The notes: generated by a model from the sequence alone, not told the origin. Counted from the first letter of the stretch, positions 12,483-23,648 are shown. The stretch is DNA of 64,000 nt from Nemertoderma westbladi (GCA_032718475.1 JAUCBJ010005520.1:62001-126000), one strand, 5' to 3'. Translations and numbers: made by a program.

Positions 12483-15287
12483 TTAAATTAAATAATTAAT
12501 TTTTTGTGGGAAGGGCGTCTCGCCCCCATTCCCACCCCCCTCAGTCCAAAACCTTGGACGACTAAACTCAAGGTGCCCCTTCTTCCAGTAGGCACACTCC
12601 CACTGCCCTTCTATACGTCCTCTTATTCTTCGCCACACCCTCTTCGCCAATTCCGCCTGACCAGGAATTGGTTCTCCCGCTTTCACCACCCTAAGGTTGG
12701 GTCTCTCCACCGTCTTCTTAACTAGCTCATCTCCTGGCATCAAAATGCCACCTCTCTCCTTGTTGTCTCCCGCCGGCAGAATGAATAGAAAGTGAAAGAA
12801 CAGGCAGAACAGTAGGTACAATAGTAGTCCTATCCCTTTCCGTCCTGCCTTCCTTCTCGACTTCCCCCTTGTCGGTATGCCTCCAAACCGGACCGGCATC
12901 TCTTCCGGACACTCCTCTAGACACTCCTCCAGACACTCCTCTGGAGTGTTGTCCTCCGGACACCTCGCCGTCCGCTCCGCTTCATCTCCATACCGATGCT
13001 TGCTGGGAAACCTACTCTCCTCTGCCCACTTTCTTACTGTCACCTCGCTATCTGGCTCTACTATCTCTCGTTTCTCCACTACTTCCTCTGCGTCTTCGGT
13101 GCCTGGTATCATGCACCCAGATGTCTCTGTCACACTGCATGGGATGTTGATTTTAACTGGGCCGCTAAGCGTCCATCCGAACGGCGTGAGGATCGCCGTC
13201 GGGTCCCGCTGCCTGTCTTCGCCGAAGACCGTCTTCATCCTCTCATGGGCCGTCGGGCAGTCCATTCCTACTATAATGGACACCTTCCTAACGTCCACCT
13301 TTGGTATTGAGAAATCGATACCGTCCAGGAATCTATACTGCTCGACCTCAATGTTGGTTGGTCGCCTGGCGTTGATGTTTATCGATTCGATGACGTGGAT
13401 GGGGTCGATCGTCGCCCCATAGCCGCATCCAGGTGCAATTGCTGCTATCCTGCACCGCCCCGTCCTCGTCTCCAGGACCTCATCTTTACTCGAGACGGTA
13501 GTTACCGCCATTCTGTTCGGCCTCGTCTTTAGCCCTATCTCTTCGGCCACCCAGTTCTCCACCAGCGTGAAGGCTGCTCCGCTGTCGACCAGCATTAATG
13601 TCGTTACTGATCGACCGCCCTCTCCTGATATCTTTACTGGTACTACCCCGAGTAGTACTTTTCTCTTCTTCTCCTCTTCTGGCGTACTTGTAGCCATTGT
13701 TTGGCCTCCAGTCTCGGACTCTCTAACTGCTGTTTCTCTACACTCTCCGGACCTGTGTCCTTCTACCACACATCGATGACATAGTCCGTTTGCGTCTGTG
13801 TAGGCTATACGATCTTGTTTGGGCAACGCTTGCCAGTGCCTACAACTCCTGGTCTTATGGGTTCCATCCCGATGTAATTGACATTCGAATCCCGGATTAT
13901 AGCGTTCCCTGTATAGTCCTTCACGTATCGCGCGTAGGTTTATATGTACCGATTTAGTGTTTTGGTTGTCTGTACTCGGCCTACTGGGTATATTGGGATT
14001 ATGTTTATTTATGGTGTTATTTTCTTTCTGTCCCTGCCACGGTGTGGCCCTACTACCAGCTAACTGTGGACTAGCAGTCCCCTGTGTGGCCGCATGTGGT
14101 AGTGATTGTCCTACTCTCGGGAGTGGATCTGCAGGATCGTGTTCGGGTTTATGGCTTGTCCCCAAACTATCCTCGCTATAGACTGGGTCTGTTATTAATT
14201 CGGCTTCATAGTTGAGGAAGCTCGACATTTCTTCTAGGCCCGGTTCCGCACCTTTCTTCTCTCGAGTGGAGAAGGCGATCTTCCTCCACTTTCTCCGCAG
14301 CCAGATCGGCAGTGCCTGCGCTATCGTGGTGATGTTGTTAGACGCGTTGAGTTCGTATGGTGCATCTAGCGTCTTCAGTACGATTAACGCCTTCTCGACC
14401 TTGTTTGCAAAGGTCCTTATGCTAACGGGATTGTCCTGTAGGCCATCCGATGTTATGCCTCTCAGGGTTTGCCGGATGATCTTGGCCGGGTGCCCGTATT
14501 CCCTATCTAGCGCCCGCCATGCTGTCGTGAAGCCTCCCTCGATGCCCTGGTATTGCCTCACGATGTCGTATGCTGGGCCTCCTGTATATACTTGCAGATA
14601 TTTTAGGCACTCCGCCTGCGTCAAGTTCTTACTTAATATTTCGTTACTATACATGCGCCGAAACTGTAGATATTCTTCCGGCCTACTCCCATCGAATTTA
14701 AACGGTTCCACGGGTGGTAACTCGATCCTAGTTTTTAACGCATCGATTAACGTGGCCATCCCCATCGCCTGCGCTTCCAATGGGTTCGATGGATGTTGTA
14801 TAGTTTCTCTTGCTGGGTACGGTCCGTTCATCCTATCTGCTGTTGACTTTGCTTGTTGCGTCGGGTATATCATTGGGGGTAACGGCCCCCTCCATATTTC
14901 CGTGTCGCACGATCTGCTCTCGTCCAAGGGGTTCGATGTTCTCGCTCCTATTGGGGTATATTGTTGATATTGTGATGGGGGAATGTCACCCTGTCCCCCC
15001 CCAGCCGGTATGTTTGGTACTGGGGTTGATGTTAATAAATTGGGGCCCACACATCTATCTCCAATAGCTCTCCCCTCCCCTGGATATATGTTATGTCCCT
15101 GTGTATTATAGTCATGCTGCTGTACCGATATAGGCCTACCTACCTCTCGCCTACCTACCGGTATGTACTCCGCGACTTCCGGGTTTAATTCCGTCGTTCG
15201 CGCTACCCCATCGCCTACTCTATCTCTCCCAGCATGGCCTATAATAGTATGTGCAGTAAGGCCTACAGTATGTCCTGCAGTCTGCAT
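12483..15287 (-). CDS. gag-pro: Pao Gag core, zinc knuckles and aspartic protease, fused to a hydrophobic segment and a probable integrase-tail remnant (934 aa)
   Basis: ELPPVEPFKFDG (Pao Gag, DUF1759-like), CQLH-x4-H-x4-C and CHRC-x4-H-x4-C knuckles, LVDSGA protease site, P-AILTPFGWTLSGP. Confidence 0.85.
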   Translation of the reverse strand: MQTAGHTVGLTAHTIIGHAGRDRVGDGVARTTELNPEVAEYIPVGRREVGRPISVQQHDYNTQGHNIYPGEGRAIGDRCVGPNLLTSTPVPNIPAGGGQGDIPPSQYQQYTPIGARTSNPLDESRSCDTEIWRGPLPPMIYPTQQAKSTADRMNGPYPARETIQHPSNPLEAQAMGMATLIDALKTRIELPPVEPFKFDGSRPEEYLQFRRMYSNEILSKNLTQAECLKYLQVYTGGPAYDIVRQYQGIEGGFTTAWRALDREYGHPAKIIRQTLRGITSDGLQDNPVSIRTFANKVEKALIVLKTLDAPYELNASNNITTIAQALPIWLRRKWRKIAFSTREKKGAEPGLEEMSSFLNYEAELITDPVYSEDSLGTSHKPEHDPADPLPRVGQSLPHAATQGTASPQLAGSRATPWQGQKENNTINKHNPNIPSRPSTDNQNTKSVHINLRAIREGLYRERYNPGFECQLHRDGTHKTRSCRHWQALPKQDRIAYTDANGLCHRCVVEGHRSGECRETAVRESETGGQTMATSTPEEEKKRKVLLGVVPVKISGEGGRSVTTLMLVDSGAAFTLVENWVAEEIGLKTRPNRMAVTTVSSKDEVLETRTGRCRIAAIAPGCGYGATIDPIHVIESININARRPTNIEVEQYRFLDGIDFSIPKVDVRKVSIIVGMDCPTAHERMKTVFGEDRQRDPTAILTPFGWTLSGPVKINIPCSVTETSGCMIPGTEDAEEVVEKREIVEPDSEVTVRKWAEESRFPSKHRYGDEAERTARCPEDNTPEECLEECLEECPEEMPVRFGGIPTRGKSRRKAGRKGIGLLLYLLFCLFFHFLFILPAGDNKERGGILMPGDELVKKTVERPNLRVVKAGEPIPGQAELAKRVWRRIRGRIEGQWECAYWKKGHLEFSRPRFWTEGGGNGGETPFPQKINYLI

Positions 15288-17762
15288 GTGCCCTTCCGAA
15301 CCGAAGTTTAATCTTCGCGAATCTCGAGTCTCCCCGCGACTACTGCACTCTCGATCGGCAGCTATATCACGTCGGGAAGCTTCTCTTCGATCCCCTCTCC
15401 TGTTCTCGACTTTGTATTGGTACCTCCTGTACCCCTTTCTTGGCGTGCGGTGCGTTTCTCCGGGGCGACGTCAATCTCCCGAAGTTCGACCCCACTGACT
15501 CCCTAACTCCATCTCTACCATCGACGGTCCGCTATCTGTCCTCACACTGCTATCGTTCGTGGCGACACTTCTTCTACTATCTTCTCTTCTTCCCCTTTTC
15601 GTGCAGTATTCCCGCTCGTGAGATCTCTCGTCGACCTCCCGGTTAAACTCCACTGTTCTTCTTCTCTCTTCTGATCGGGCTCGACGCTTCGTCTGCCCTC
15701 TCGCGACGTCAACCTGCCTCTCTCTGCTCGATCGCACGCCGCTGGGGATACTCGCAATCCCCCTATTACTCTCCGTCGCCGGGTGTTGCGGTTTACCTGA
15801 TTCGGCCCGCGCATTATCCGCTGACGGCTGTGGGACACTCTCTGCCCCCCCTCTCTCTCTACTAACTTCTCGCGGTGGGGTGTCCGTAGCCCCCCCCCCC
15901 ACCCGCTACTTCTAACTTCACTATCTCTTACTACACTTCTGCGTCCCTCTTGTCGGACACTCTCTACCCCCCTTCTCTCGCCACTAATCTTCTGTGGTGG
16001 GGCGCCCGTAGCCCCCCCCCCCCACCCGCCACTTCTAACTTCACTACCTCTTACTACACTTCTACACCCCTCTTGTGGGGCATTCTCTGCCCCCCCTCTC
16101 TCGCCGCTAATCTTATGTGGTGGGGCGCCCGTAGCCCCCCCCCCACCCGCCACATCTAACTTCAATATCTCTTACTTCGTCTCTACACCCCTCTCTAGTT
16201 GACACACTGTCTCTACTACGGCTGGGTCTTTTCACCCCCGCCTCTCTCCCTACTACTGCGAGGCCTACCAGGCCCACCCCGGGTTGGCTCAACCCCGCTA
16301 CCTCCTGCCTACCAACTACGTGGCCTACCAGGCCGCCGTCGGGTTGGCGCAACCCCGCCACCTCCTGCCTACTAACTACGTGGCCTACCAGGCCGCCGTC
16401 TGCCGGGCTATACACGTCTGACGCGTTCACATTAATAGCACCATTCCCAATATTATTTGTTAAATCAATTAAATTATTAGAATTTGAAACGGGATTATTA
16501 TTTAAATTATTTAAGTTAGAATTATTATTATTTTCAAAATTTAAATTGCTATTCGAATTATTTGAATTATTTTGATTATTCTGAATATTTGAATTAATAT
16601 TATTATTTGAATTTAAACTTAAATTACTACTACCGGGTAAGATATTTCCTGTAATAAAGGGATTAGGGTTATCTACTACGGTACTATCAATACAAACATT
16701 TCCTAACGTACTACTACTACCCCCCCCGCCCGTACGGTTACTGTACGTATTGTAAGTGTACCGCACGCTCTGTTCTCTTGCCTCACGCTCTTCGCGTTCA
16801 CTCTCTCGCTCCTTCCTTCCCCTCAGTCGCCACTCTAATTCTTCAATTTTTAATTTATATGCCATGCGTTCACTCTCTCGCACCCGTCTTTCTTTTGCGG
16901 AGGATGTAGCAGACTTATCGGTTGCGACGGACTCCCGCCGCCCCTCCGTCCTACTAACTTTCCCCCGCTTTCCGGGGTTCTCGCTGACCGACGAGACCGA
17001 ATCCTCGGAGCTAACCTCGGATTCGCCCTCGTGCGGTCCCGCCCAACGCACTAACTTAACTTCCCTGGCATCGACTAAGTATGGCCCTATGTACACTACA
17101 CCAGGCCCCATACCCCTACGTTCCCATAGCCCAAACAGTTCGAAGGCAACCCCTCTCGCTCTCTCCTCGGCCAGTTCTCCCTGCCCAGAACGCACTAGGT
17201 AATCAAAGTATCTGTTCGACTCACCTAGTCGTCTCCTCAACTTCACCTGGTCTATCTCAGCCCCTCTAGCTTCCTTCAGTTGTTCCCGGGTCGCGGTGTA
17301 GGCTCGTCGAAGTCGATCAGAAACCCCGACATCCTCGTCGCCGACCTCCCCTCCATCTCTCCGGGTCCGACGTCGTACCGGCGGCCCCACCGTTGCCGTT
17401 CCGGTGGGCCGTCCGTCGCCCTCGGCCTGTGGCTGGCCGGCGACATCGGTACGTCGACCCTCGCTCCGCATCGACTCGTCTTTCTCCTCTCCCGTCTCAC
17501 TCTCTCCTCTACTCGACTCGCTCTCTCCTCGTAGACGACCCCCCACATCTTGGTTCGCCGGGTTGCTCGTTATCGACGTGGCGTCAACCGGCGTCGACGT
17601 AGCATCGACCGGCGTCGTGGGTTCGTATCGTCTCGCCGTGGCCTCGCGGATCGTTAGATCGTCGTCCGGGGTCCGCGGCGGTGTCGTTCCTCTCTCTCGA
17701 CTCATCTTCGTCTTTAGTGATTGGTGGCTGGTGGTTATTGAGTTTATCCAGGGCAGCAGCAC
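15288..17762 (-). pseudogene. Long N-terminal extension of Gag in element 1 (broken reading frame)
   Basis: ORFs 16113-17762, 15542-16165 and 15471-15902 join across G-runs. The TGA at 15473-15471 is in frame with the Gag ORF and is TGC in element 2. Homologous to 24256-27030 and 46715-48990. Confidence 0.7.
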
Positions 17763-17784
17763 GGATTTAGTTACTGCCGAAGGG

Positions 17785-17793
17785 TTTAGTTAC
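17785..17793 (-). promoter_or_regulatory. Non-tRNA primer-binding position of element 1 (sense GTAACTAAA)
   Basis: Abuts the 5' LTR, lacks TGG, and is perfectly complementary to sense TTTAGTTAC at 17951-17959. Confidence 0.7.
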
Positions 17794-18321
17794 TGTGACG
17801 GGATCCAGGAGGGATCCCGATTTATCCGATGTTTAGTTCACGCGTCCCCGCCGTGTGTAAAGAGTAAAATGAGTTCTGATGTTCGGTGTATATAATGATC
17901 AGTCTAATAAGATATAGATATAGGTTGTTGTACACGGAAGGCGGGATACGGTAACTAAAGTCCCGGTCCTTCCCTAGCTAAACTATCTAACCTAACTAGC
18001 ACCAATATGATACTGGGATAACTGACTGGTATGATTACTGGTAACTGGTTATATTGCACGGTGGCCTTATTGCTGTACCTAATCGATGCCTTGCCCCCCT
18101 CTGATTGGTTGATACCCTTGTTGGCGCCCCGTGGAGTGTTCCCGTTCACTCCATCTGTTCTCTCTGGGTTAGGGGTTTGGCCCCTGACCCTTGTTGTGTG
18201 GTTCTCCTTCCCACTCTATTGGGGTGACACGAGGTTGATATTGGTAATCAACCTCGTGCTCCCAATATTGCCTTATGGCTCACTTTATGGGTTTGTGTTA
18301 GCGGAATTGGATAAGCTAACA
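17794..18321 (-). repeat. 5' LTR of BEL/Pao element 1
   Basis: Sense TGTTAGC...GTCACA, 528 bp, followed on the plus strand by the TSD TTGGA. Confidence 0.95.
18020..18053 (-). promoter_or_regulatory. Putative TATA box and Initiator of the element 1 LTR
   Basis: Sense TATAA (18053-18049) lies about 30 nt before TCAGTT (18025-18020). Same arrangement in element 2 (TATATA 23908, TTAGTT 23938) and element 3 (TATATT 49341, TCAGTT 49312). Confidence 0.6.
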
Positions 18322-19659
18322 TTGGACTTGTGACCACTGGGTCCACTATGAGTCCATAGCTTTCCAGTTCGCTTCTTGAACTGGGTTCCAGCCGAAAACA
18401 ATCCATTTGCAGAGATAAGATCCTGAAGATGGACGGAATTTCGTAACACTATTGTTATAGACCCAGGGTGATGTAGGTGGTTGATGCAGACTTGCATTAA
18501 AGTCTCCCAGGAATGTTAAGAATGCATGCTGATCCACTCCATCAGTAGCTGCTTGTAGATTGTGGTAGAAATTTTCCACCTCCTCTATAGGGGCAACACT
18601 AGTTGGAGAGTAGAACACAATTAGAACCACCTTAGGAAACATCTTAGCCAGTCTTCCAGAACATGAGAAGTGGCAACTGATGCATGTGCAGTTGGATTCA
18701 TAATAGACCAATTCCACCATTGCCACTATCATCTGCTGATGCGAGGGTGAGTCGCCAACCGCCCCCCATGCCTTTAATCAGAACCTCATCAATCTGTCCA
18801 GTCTGCATTCGGTGCTCTTGAATTTCCACTGCGCTAAGAGAAAGCTTATCTGCCAAGGCAGTCAGCTCACCTTGTGGAATTGGGGACCTGTGTGTTAGGG
18901 TGTTAACTGAGGCTAGTCTAGTGACTTGCCTCAGATTCACCAATGGCTTAGTTGGTCGGGGTGGAACATGACAGTAGCCTCAAACTCCAGCATCCCTCTC
19001 CCCCTCACAATCTGGCTTACCTGGTGACCCAGGGTTTCTGCCAGAAAGGTCATCAGGAAAGGGACTCACAGAATTGTTGGCCGCTCTCTCTCCAGAGGGG
19101 GTTAGACAGGCAGCCGGTCAGGAGATAACTGACGCCTGTGAGGCCAATTGTGTGCAGTAATTCCACTGGCCTCAAGTGGCCGGACCTCCGCATTACAAAT
19201 GTAATCCATAGTGGGGGTTGGGGGGTGCTTTTTTACTGAGTCAGCTCTCGAGGCAAATACCACACCCTGGTTTGCCATTCCACATGGTGGGTATCGCAGT
19301 GGAGTCAGATATGAGGCCCATCACCCACACCTACTCTGATGCACATGACTGACCATTGGCTGTGTAGCTCATCTGCTGGGCCATGCCCTGTACCGCTGCT
19401 GCCAGGTGCAGGTGCAGGTGCACTCAGAGTGGATATGAGAACACTCTACTTTGACCAGCCATTGGTAGATCACCCTCTGCCTGGCCAGGCCATATACCCC
19501 TGCAGCCAAGTATATGGGTACTTAATCCAGGACCAAGGGCATCCTTATCCCAGAACGAAGGGGGTCCTAGTTACAGAACCAGATTTGCCCTAGTAAGAGG
19601 GTCTATGCAGCCACAGGTGGCACCTATTTTATGCTGCATGGAGGTGGCAAGTTTTCTTG

Positions 19660-20680
19660 ATCAATGACCTAGAATACCTGATCTGACCTGTGTAAAGTTG
19701 ACCCGTGGCTAACAGACAACCGTCTATCCTTAAATCTAAAAAAACTCGAAAAATCTAAATCGAAAAAAAAATCTATTTTTTTCAAATAAAAAAGAAACAA
19801 AACACAATAACATAAAAATACGTAATCAACTAATCAAAAATGTAAATGAAACAAAATTTTTAGGAATTTGGTAGACAGAAAGTTATCTTGGAAAATCATT
19901 GTGCCTATGTTTTAAAGAAAATCCCAAAATCGGCTGGTATATTTTTTAAACTCCGACACTACCTTTTTTAAACTCTACCACTACGTATATTAAAATTACT
20001 TTACTGTTCACTGATACAACCGTGCATTATTATATATCTGAATATCAGTTAATATCACAAAAGGTACAATATAGGGCATACCAGAATCATGGGGTTAGCT
20101 GCGCGAAACAAGCCTTTGTTATAAGCAGCACCCTAGGCTATAGTTACCCTAGTCTGACGGTATATTTATACATATTTAGTATACTTTATGTGCTATATGT
20201 CAATTATTTAGTGCATATTAAAAATAACTCCAATAATTTCAACTTCACTAATTATGGTATAGTGATCTGGGGTAACGCTCAATCTATACACACGAAATCT
20301 ATTAAAATTAAAATAAATAAACTAGCCAGAAACCTTCAGTCACTACCATGAACACGCATCGCCACTATACAAACAATTAGATATACTACCGATTGAACAA
20401 CTGCATTTTCTTGAAACAACTAAACTAATGTGGGAAATCCACAATAACAAAAAACACAATTTTATCACTTCGTTGTTTCAACAAAAATCCACTGTACATA
20501 TTTATACGCCAAGCACAACGACAAGCAAAAACTACTATGTACCACGGACCCGAGAAATCATTAAAATATGATGGTGTCATTGTCTGGAACACACTAGATG
20601 TAGATATTAAACAAAGTAAATCGAAAAAATCATTTTAACAAATTAAAAAACAAACTAATAAATGAGCTACAGTAAGATGA
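19660..20680 (+). pseudogene. 3' fragment of a CR1/L2-group (Crack/Daphne-like) LINE
   Basis: Decayed peptides WLTDNRLSLNLKKT, KFLGI, LYCSLIQP...YGIVIWGNA and GVIVWNTL, typical of the region after RT. Carries an internal insertion at about 20020-20240. Confidence 0.6.
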
Positions 20681-20999
20681 AATATTACGATTTTATTCAC
20701 TTTCATATCATATCATAAAATATATATCCAATATATTAAATTATTAAGTAATTAATTACTTAATTATTATTTTTTTTTATTTTCATTGTTTTTACTTTCT
20801 TATGGAATTAAGAATGATATTAACAATTATTTTATCGTATCTGTACATTTAATTAACAGGCAATTTTACCGTACCTAATCTAATCTACAAAATGTACATT
20901 AATTAATTAAATAAACGAATAAAATATAAGTGTTATAATTAATTAAGGTGTACGACCAACTCGGTATAAATAAAAAAAAAAGAAGAGGGGTTGCGTTGG

Positions 21000-22640
21000 G
21001 TTTATCATTATGGTTCTGGAGTAGGGTGTATCCGAAACCTTTAAGACGAGAAGAAATTGGCGAGTTGGTTTACTAAATCAAAAAAGATCGCAGTTCGCTA
21101 ATATTGGTTGGAGTCGGCCAGTCGGGAAATCCGAATGAGCTGGATACCCACTTTTGGTCCGCCCGGATGCTCAAACTATGATAACATAGCCGGCAAACTC
21201 GATACTCGGTTGAGCAAACACAAATGTATTTGGGTTTAATATATAATAATGTCGTTGACGATTCTCTTCAAGATAGAAAGTACACTCAGCTGTAAGGAGT
21301 GAGGAATGTTGTGAGATTTTGGCTCTCTGGCTCCAGTTCTATTTGCCAGTAACTGTGAGTGGCATCGAACTTGGAGAAATAGTTCATTCCAGATGGTATC
21401 GAGATGACAACGTCATGTGGACACGGGATTGGGTGGACTGCATGGCAAATAAATTTATTCAGTTTAGTATGGTCCACACAAATTCGAAGTCCACTGGACT
21501 TCTTTGAGGTCATGATGAGTAGTAGGCTGATGAACTCTGTTGGTTCAGCCACTCGTTTAATAATTCCTTTATTTTCCATTTGATCTAAGTTTGCCTTAAC
21601 TTCATCCCAGTAGGAGAACGGTAGAGTGCGGTCAGCATGGACAGCATATGGGGTAGATACGCATAGGAGGTCCCTCCATAACAGAGAGGGTGACATCGGG
21701 AAAACTTCCATGGAAGATATCGGAATACTCATCGAGGAGTTGCATATCGGAATACTCATCGAGGAGTTGCATATCGGAATACTCATCGAGGAGTTCCATA
21801 GAGTGGAGTTTGATAAACCCAAAGGCCAGGTTTGGTATCGATGGAGGTTATAGACAGAATTTGACGGCGATGCGATGTTTAGTTACATAGCAAGGGACCG
21901 GGAATTCCAGCAATATTAAACCATGGAGTTTACGGAGCTCAAATAGAAAAAGGAATCCAGAGAAGTCCGGTCTCAAGTACGCCATTGTATTAACTGTTCT
22001 GTCATAATAGTTTCTATCCAGATTAATGGAATCCAAACGCTTTAGGGGTGTGGTATTAGCAGCAATATTATCTTTGGTGTTAACGAAACATACAAATTTG
22101 TTATGTCTAATGAGCTCTGAACAGATAATAGTCATCGGCACCCGTGTTGGCTATTGTATGAGGCGAAAAATAGATACCATGGCAAATAACGGAAACGTTG
22201 AACATGAGTTGACGATAGGTAATGATATTAATAAAGGAGGGGGATTCATAGCGTTTGTGTGGGATTTTATCTCAGAAGTCTCTGTTGTTTCTGAAGTCTC
22301 TGACTTACTTTTCATACAAATGGGGCGAATGTGCCCTTTGATACTGCATTTGTGACAAATGTTGTCACGGTAGGGGCACTTACTTCATAGGTGGGCAGTC
22401 AAGCATTTCCTACAACTTATATTACCGGAAGTTGAAGGGAAGCTTTCTTCTGTGCATTCGCTGGGCAACGAAAATGTCGACCAGTCAGAGAGACATGTCC
22501 TAAGGACGTCATCCAAAGAAGGATCATCGAATTTTTTGAAAATTCACCAAACCCAAACCCTTATCGGTGTATTTATACCGGTGTATTTGACTTAGGTAGG
22601 AGTTATTGGTTACTACGTTTTGTCCGCAACGTAGTTGCAA
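21000..22640 (-). pseudogene. Degenerate Ty3/Gypsy gag-pol relic
   Basis: RT segment LRICVDHTKLN...FSKFDATHSYWQIEL...TTFLTP (21286-21822), RNase H linker PTPTNISELRSF near 21090-21125, Cys/His knuckle remnant near 22330-22400. No LTRs found. Confidence 0.7.
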
Positions 22641-23648
22641 TGACATTATTGGTATATTGGTGAGATACATAGCATTGCAAGTGTTCGCGCTTTCAGACCT
22701 TTAGCAGTTCAACCTGCCAAATTTAGGTGTCTTCTAGGTTATAAATCGACTTTAGCCTATGACGAGTATTTGATACACTACATTAGCCGAAGCCAGCCTA
22801 TGCGCGACCATTCACCCGCTGGATATACCCGGGAGACTGGATTCGGAAGCTCTGACCTTATTGCGGTGTAGGCCTACTGTATTATTCGACTGATTGTTAA
22901 TATATAATCCCTGACAAATATTATTCACTTTCGGGAAATATTAACAGTTCCTTTAGGACGTGGCGCTCTAAGTATGCAAACAGAGTTATGACTTACACTA
23001 AACACAACGGGATGGCTAATGATTCACGTATAAAGCGCATTCTTTAGGAGATGCTTTGTTATCTATCACACTCATGCACACTACCGCACAATGCTGCACA
23101 CCGATCTGCCGACCTTCACTAATTTTAATCATATATAAGGAGAATGGCAACCGACACATGTAGTGCCTATGAAATAACATTAGATTCACTCCAAAACCAA
23201 TATAATGTAAGTCGCAATTGCTATATGTAACCAGTCTCTTACCTTCAGTATATCAAGAAGATTGGGGTTTTATGATTATTTATCGATATTATCCAAATAT
23301 AACAATATTCCATCAACTGATATAATTAATAACCGACAGTAAATAGCAGTAAAATAATGCGGTGTTTGTATGTGACCAGGTTTGTTATGAGTTCGTTAGA
23401 TAGAGTTGATTTGATAACAGTTATACGTTTCTATGATCAAAGCCGTTCTAATGTTTGGCTAAAGTCTGAAACACAGAATAATTCCACAGCCGGTGTTCTA
23501 GGCTTAGGAAAAATACACACTGACACATACTGATTTGCCTAGCAGGTTTACCTAGGCTCAGTTTGTACATACAAAGAAAATCGCTCTGATTGGCTGAATT
23601 GGCTGAGCCGAACAAAGAACCAAAGCTCCTTGCAAAAAGCTCCACGTG

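Larger units (their letters stand above)
10722..18321 (-). mobile_element. BEL/Pao LTR retrotransposon 1, internally deleted (no RT, RNase H or integrase core)
   Basis: Two 528-bp TG...CA LTRs, 5-bp TSD TTGGA (10717-10721 and 18322-18326), PPT abutting the 3' LTR, Pao-type Gag and protease. Confidence 0.95.
8770..19650 (-). mobile_element. RTE-clade LINE, decayed, split by BEL/Pao element 1
   Basis: APE motifs (QEHR, YSPT, GDFNA, SDHR) at 18327-18943 and 10266-10716. RT motifs (QNGFR, FVDF-AFDSV, GVLQGD, FADD) at 9330-9900. RTE C-terminus (LHYGS--W-LT) at 8800-9100. Many frameshifts; ends approximate. Confidence 0.85.

Noticed and set aside
12771-12836. env gene in element 1
   Set aside because: A single hydrophobic helix with no signal peptide, ectodomain or separate ORF.
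14212-14967. Conserved antisense ORF (also 27353-28048; similarly 37237-38085)
   Set aside because: Shadow frames opposite conserved gag or RT sequence, with no independent motif.
15471-15473. Readthrough stop between extension and Gag (also TAA at 28104-28106)
   Set aside because: Each stop is a sense codon in the sister element (TGC, TAT), so these are private nonsense mutations.
15891-16144. Programmed frameshifting at G-runs in the Gag extension
   Set aside because: Run lengths differ among the three elements and very long G/C runs occur throughout the window, so slippage or assembly error is the simpler explanation. Raw reads would be needed.
21717-21800. Three 27-bp tandem repeats (SSMSIPICN)
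   Set aside because: Local duplication within a dead Gypsy relic, with no sign of function.
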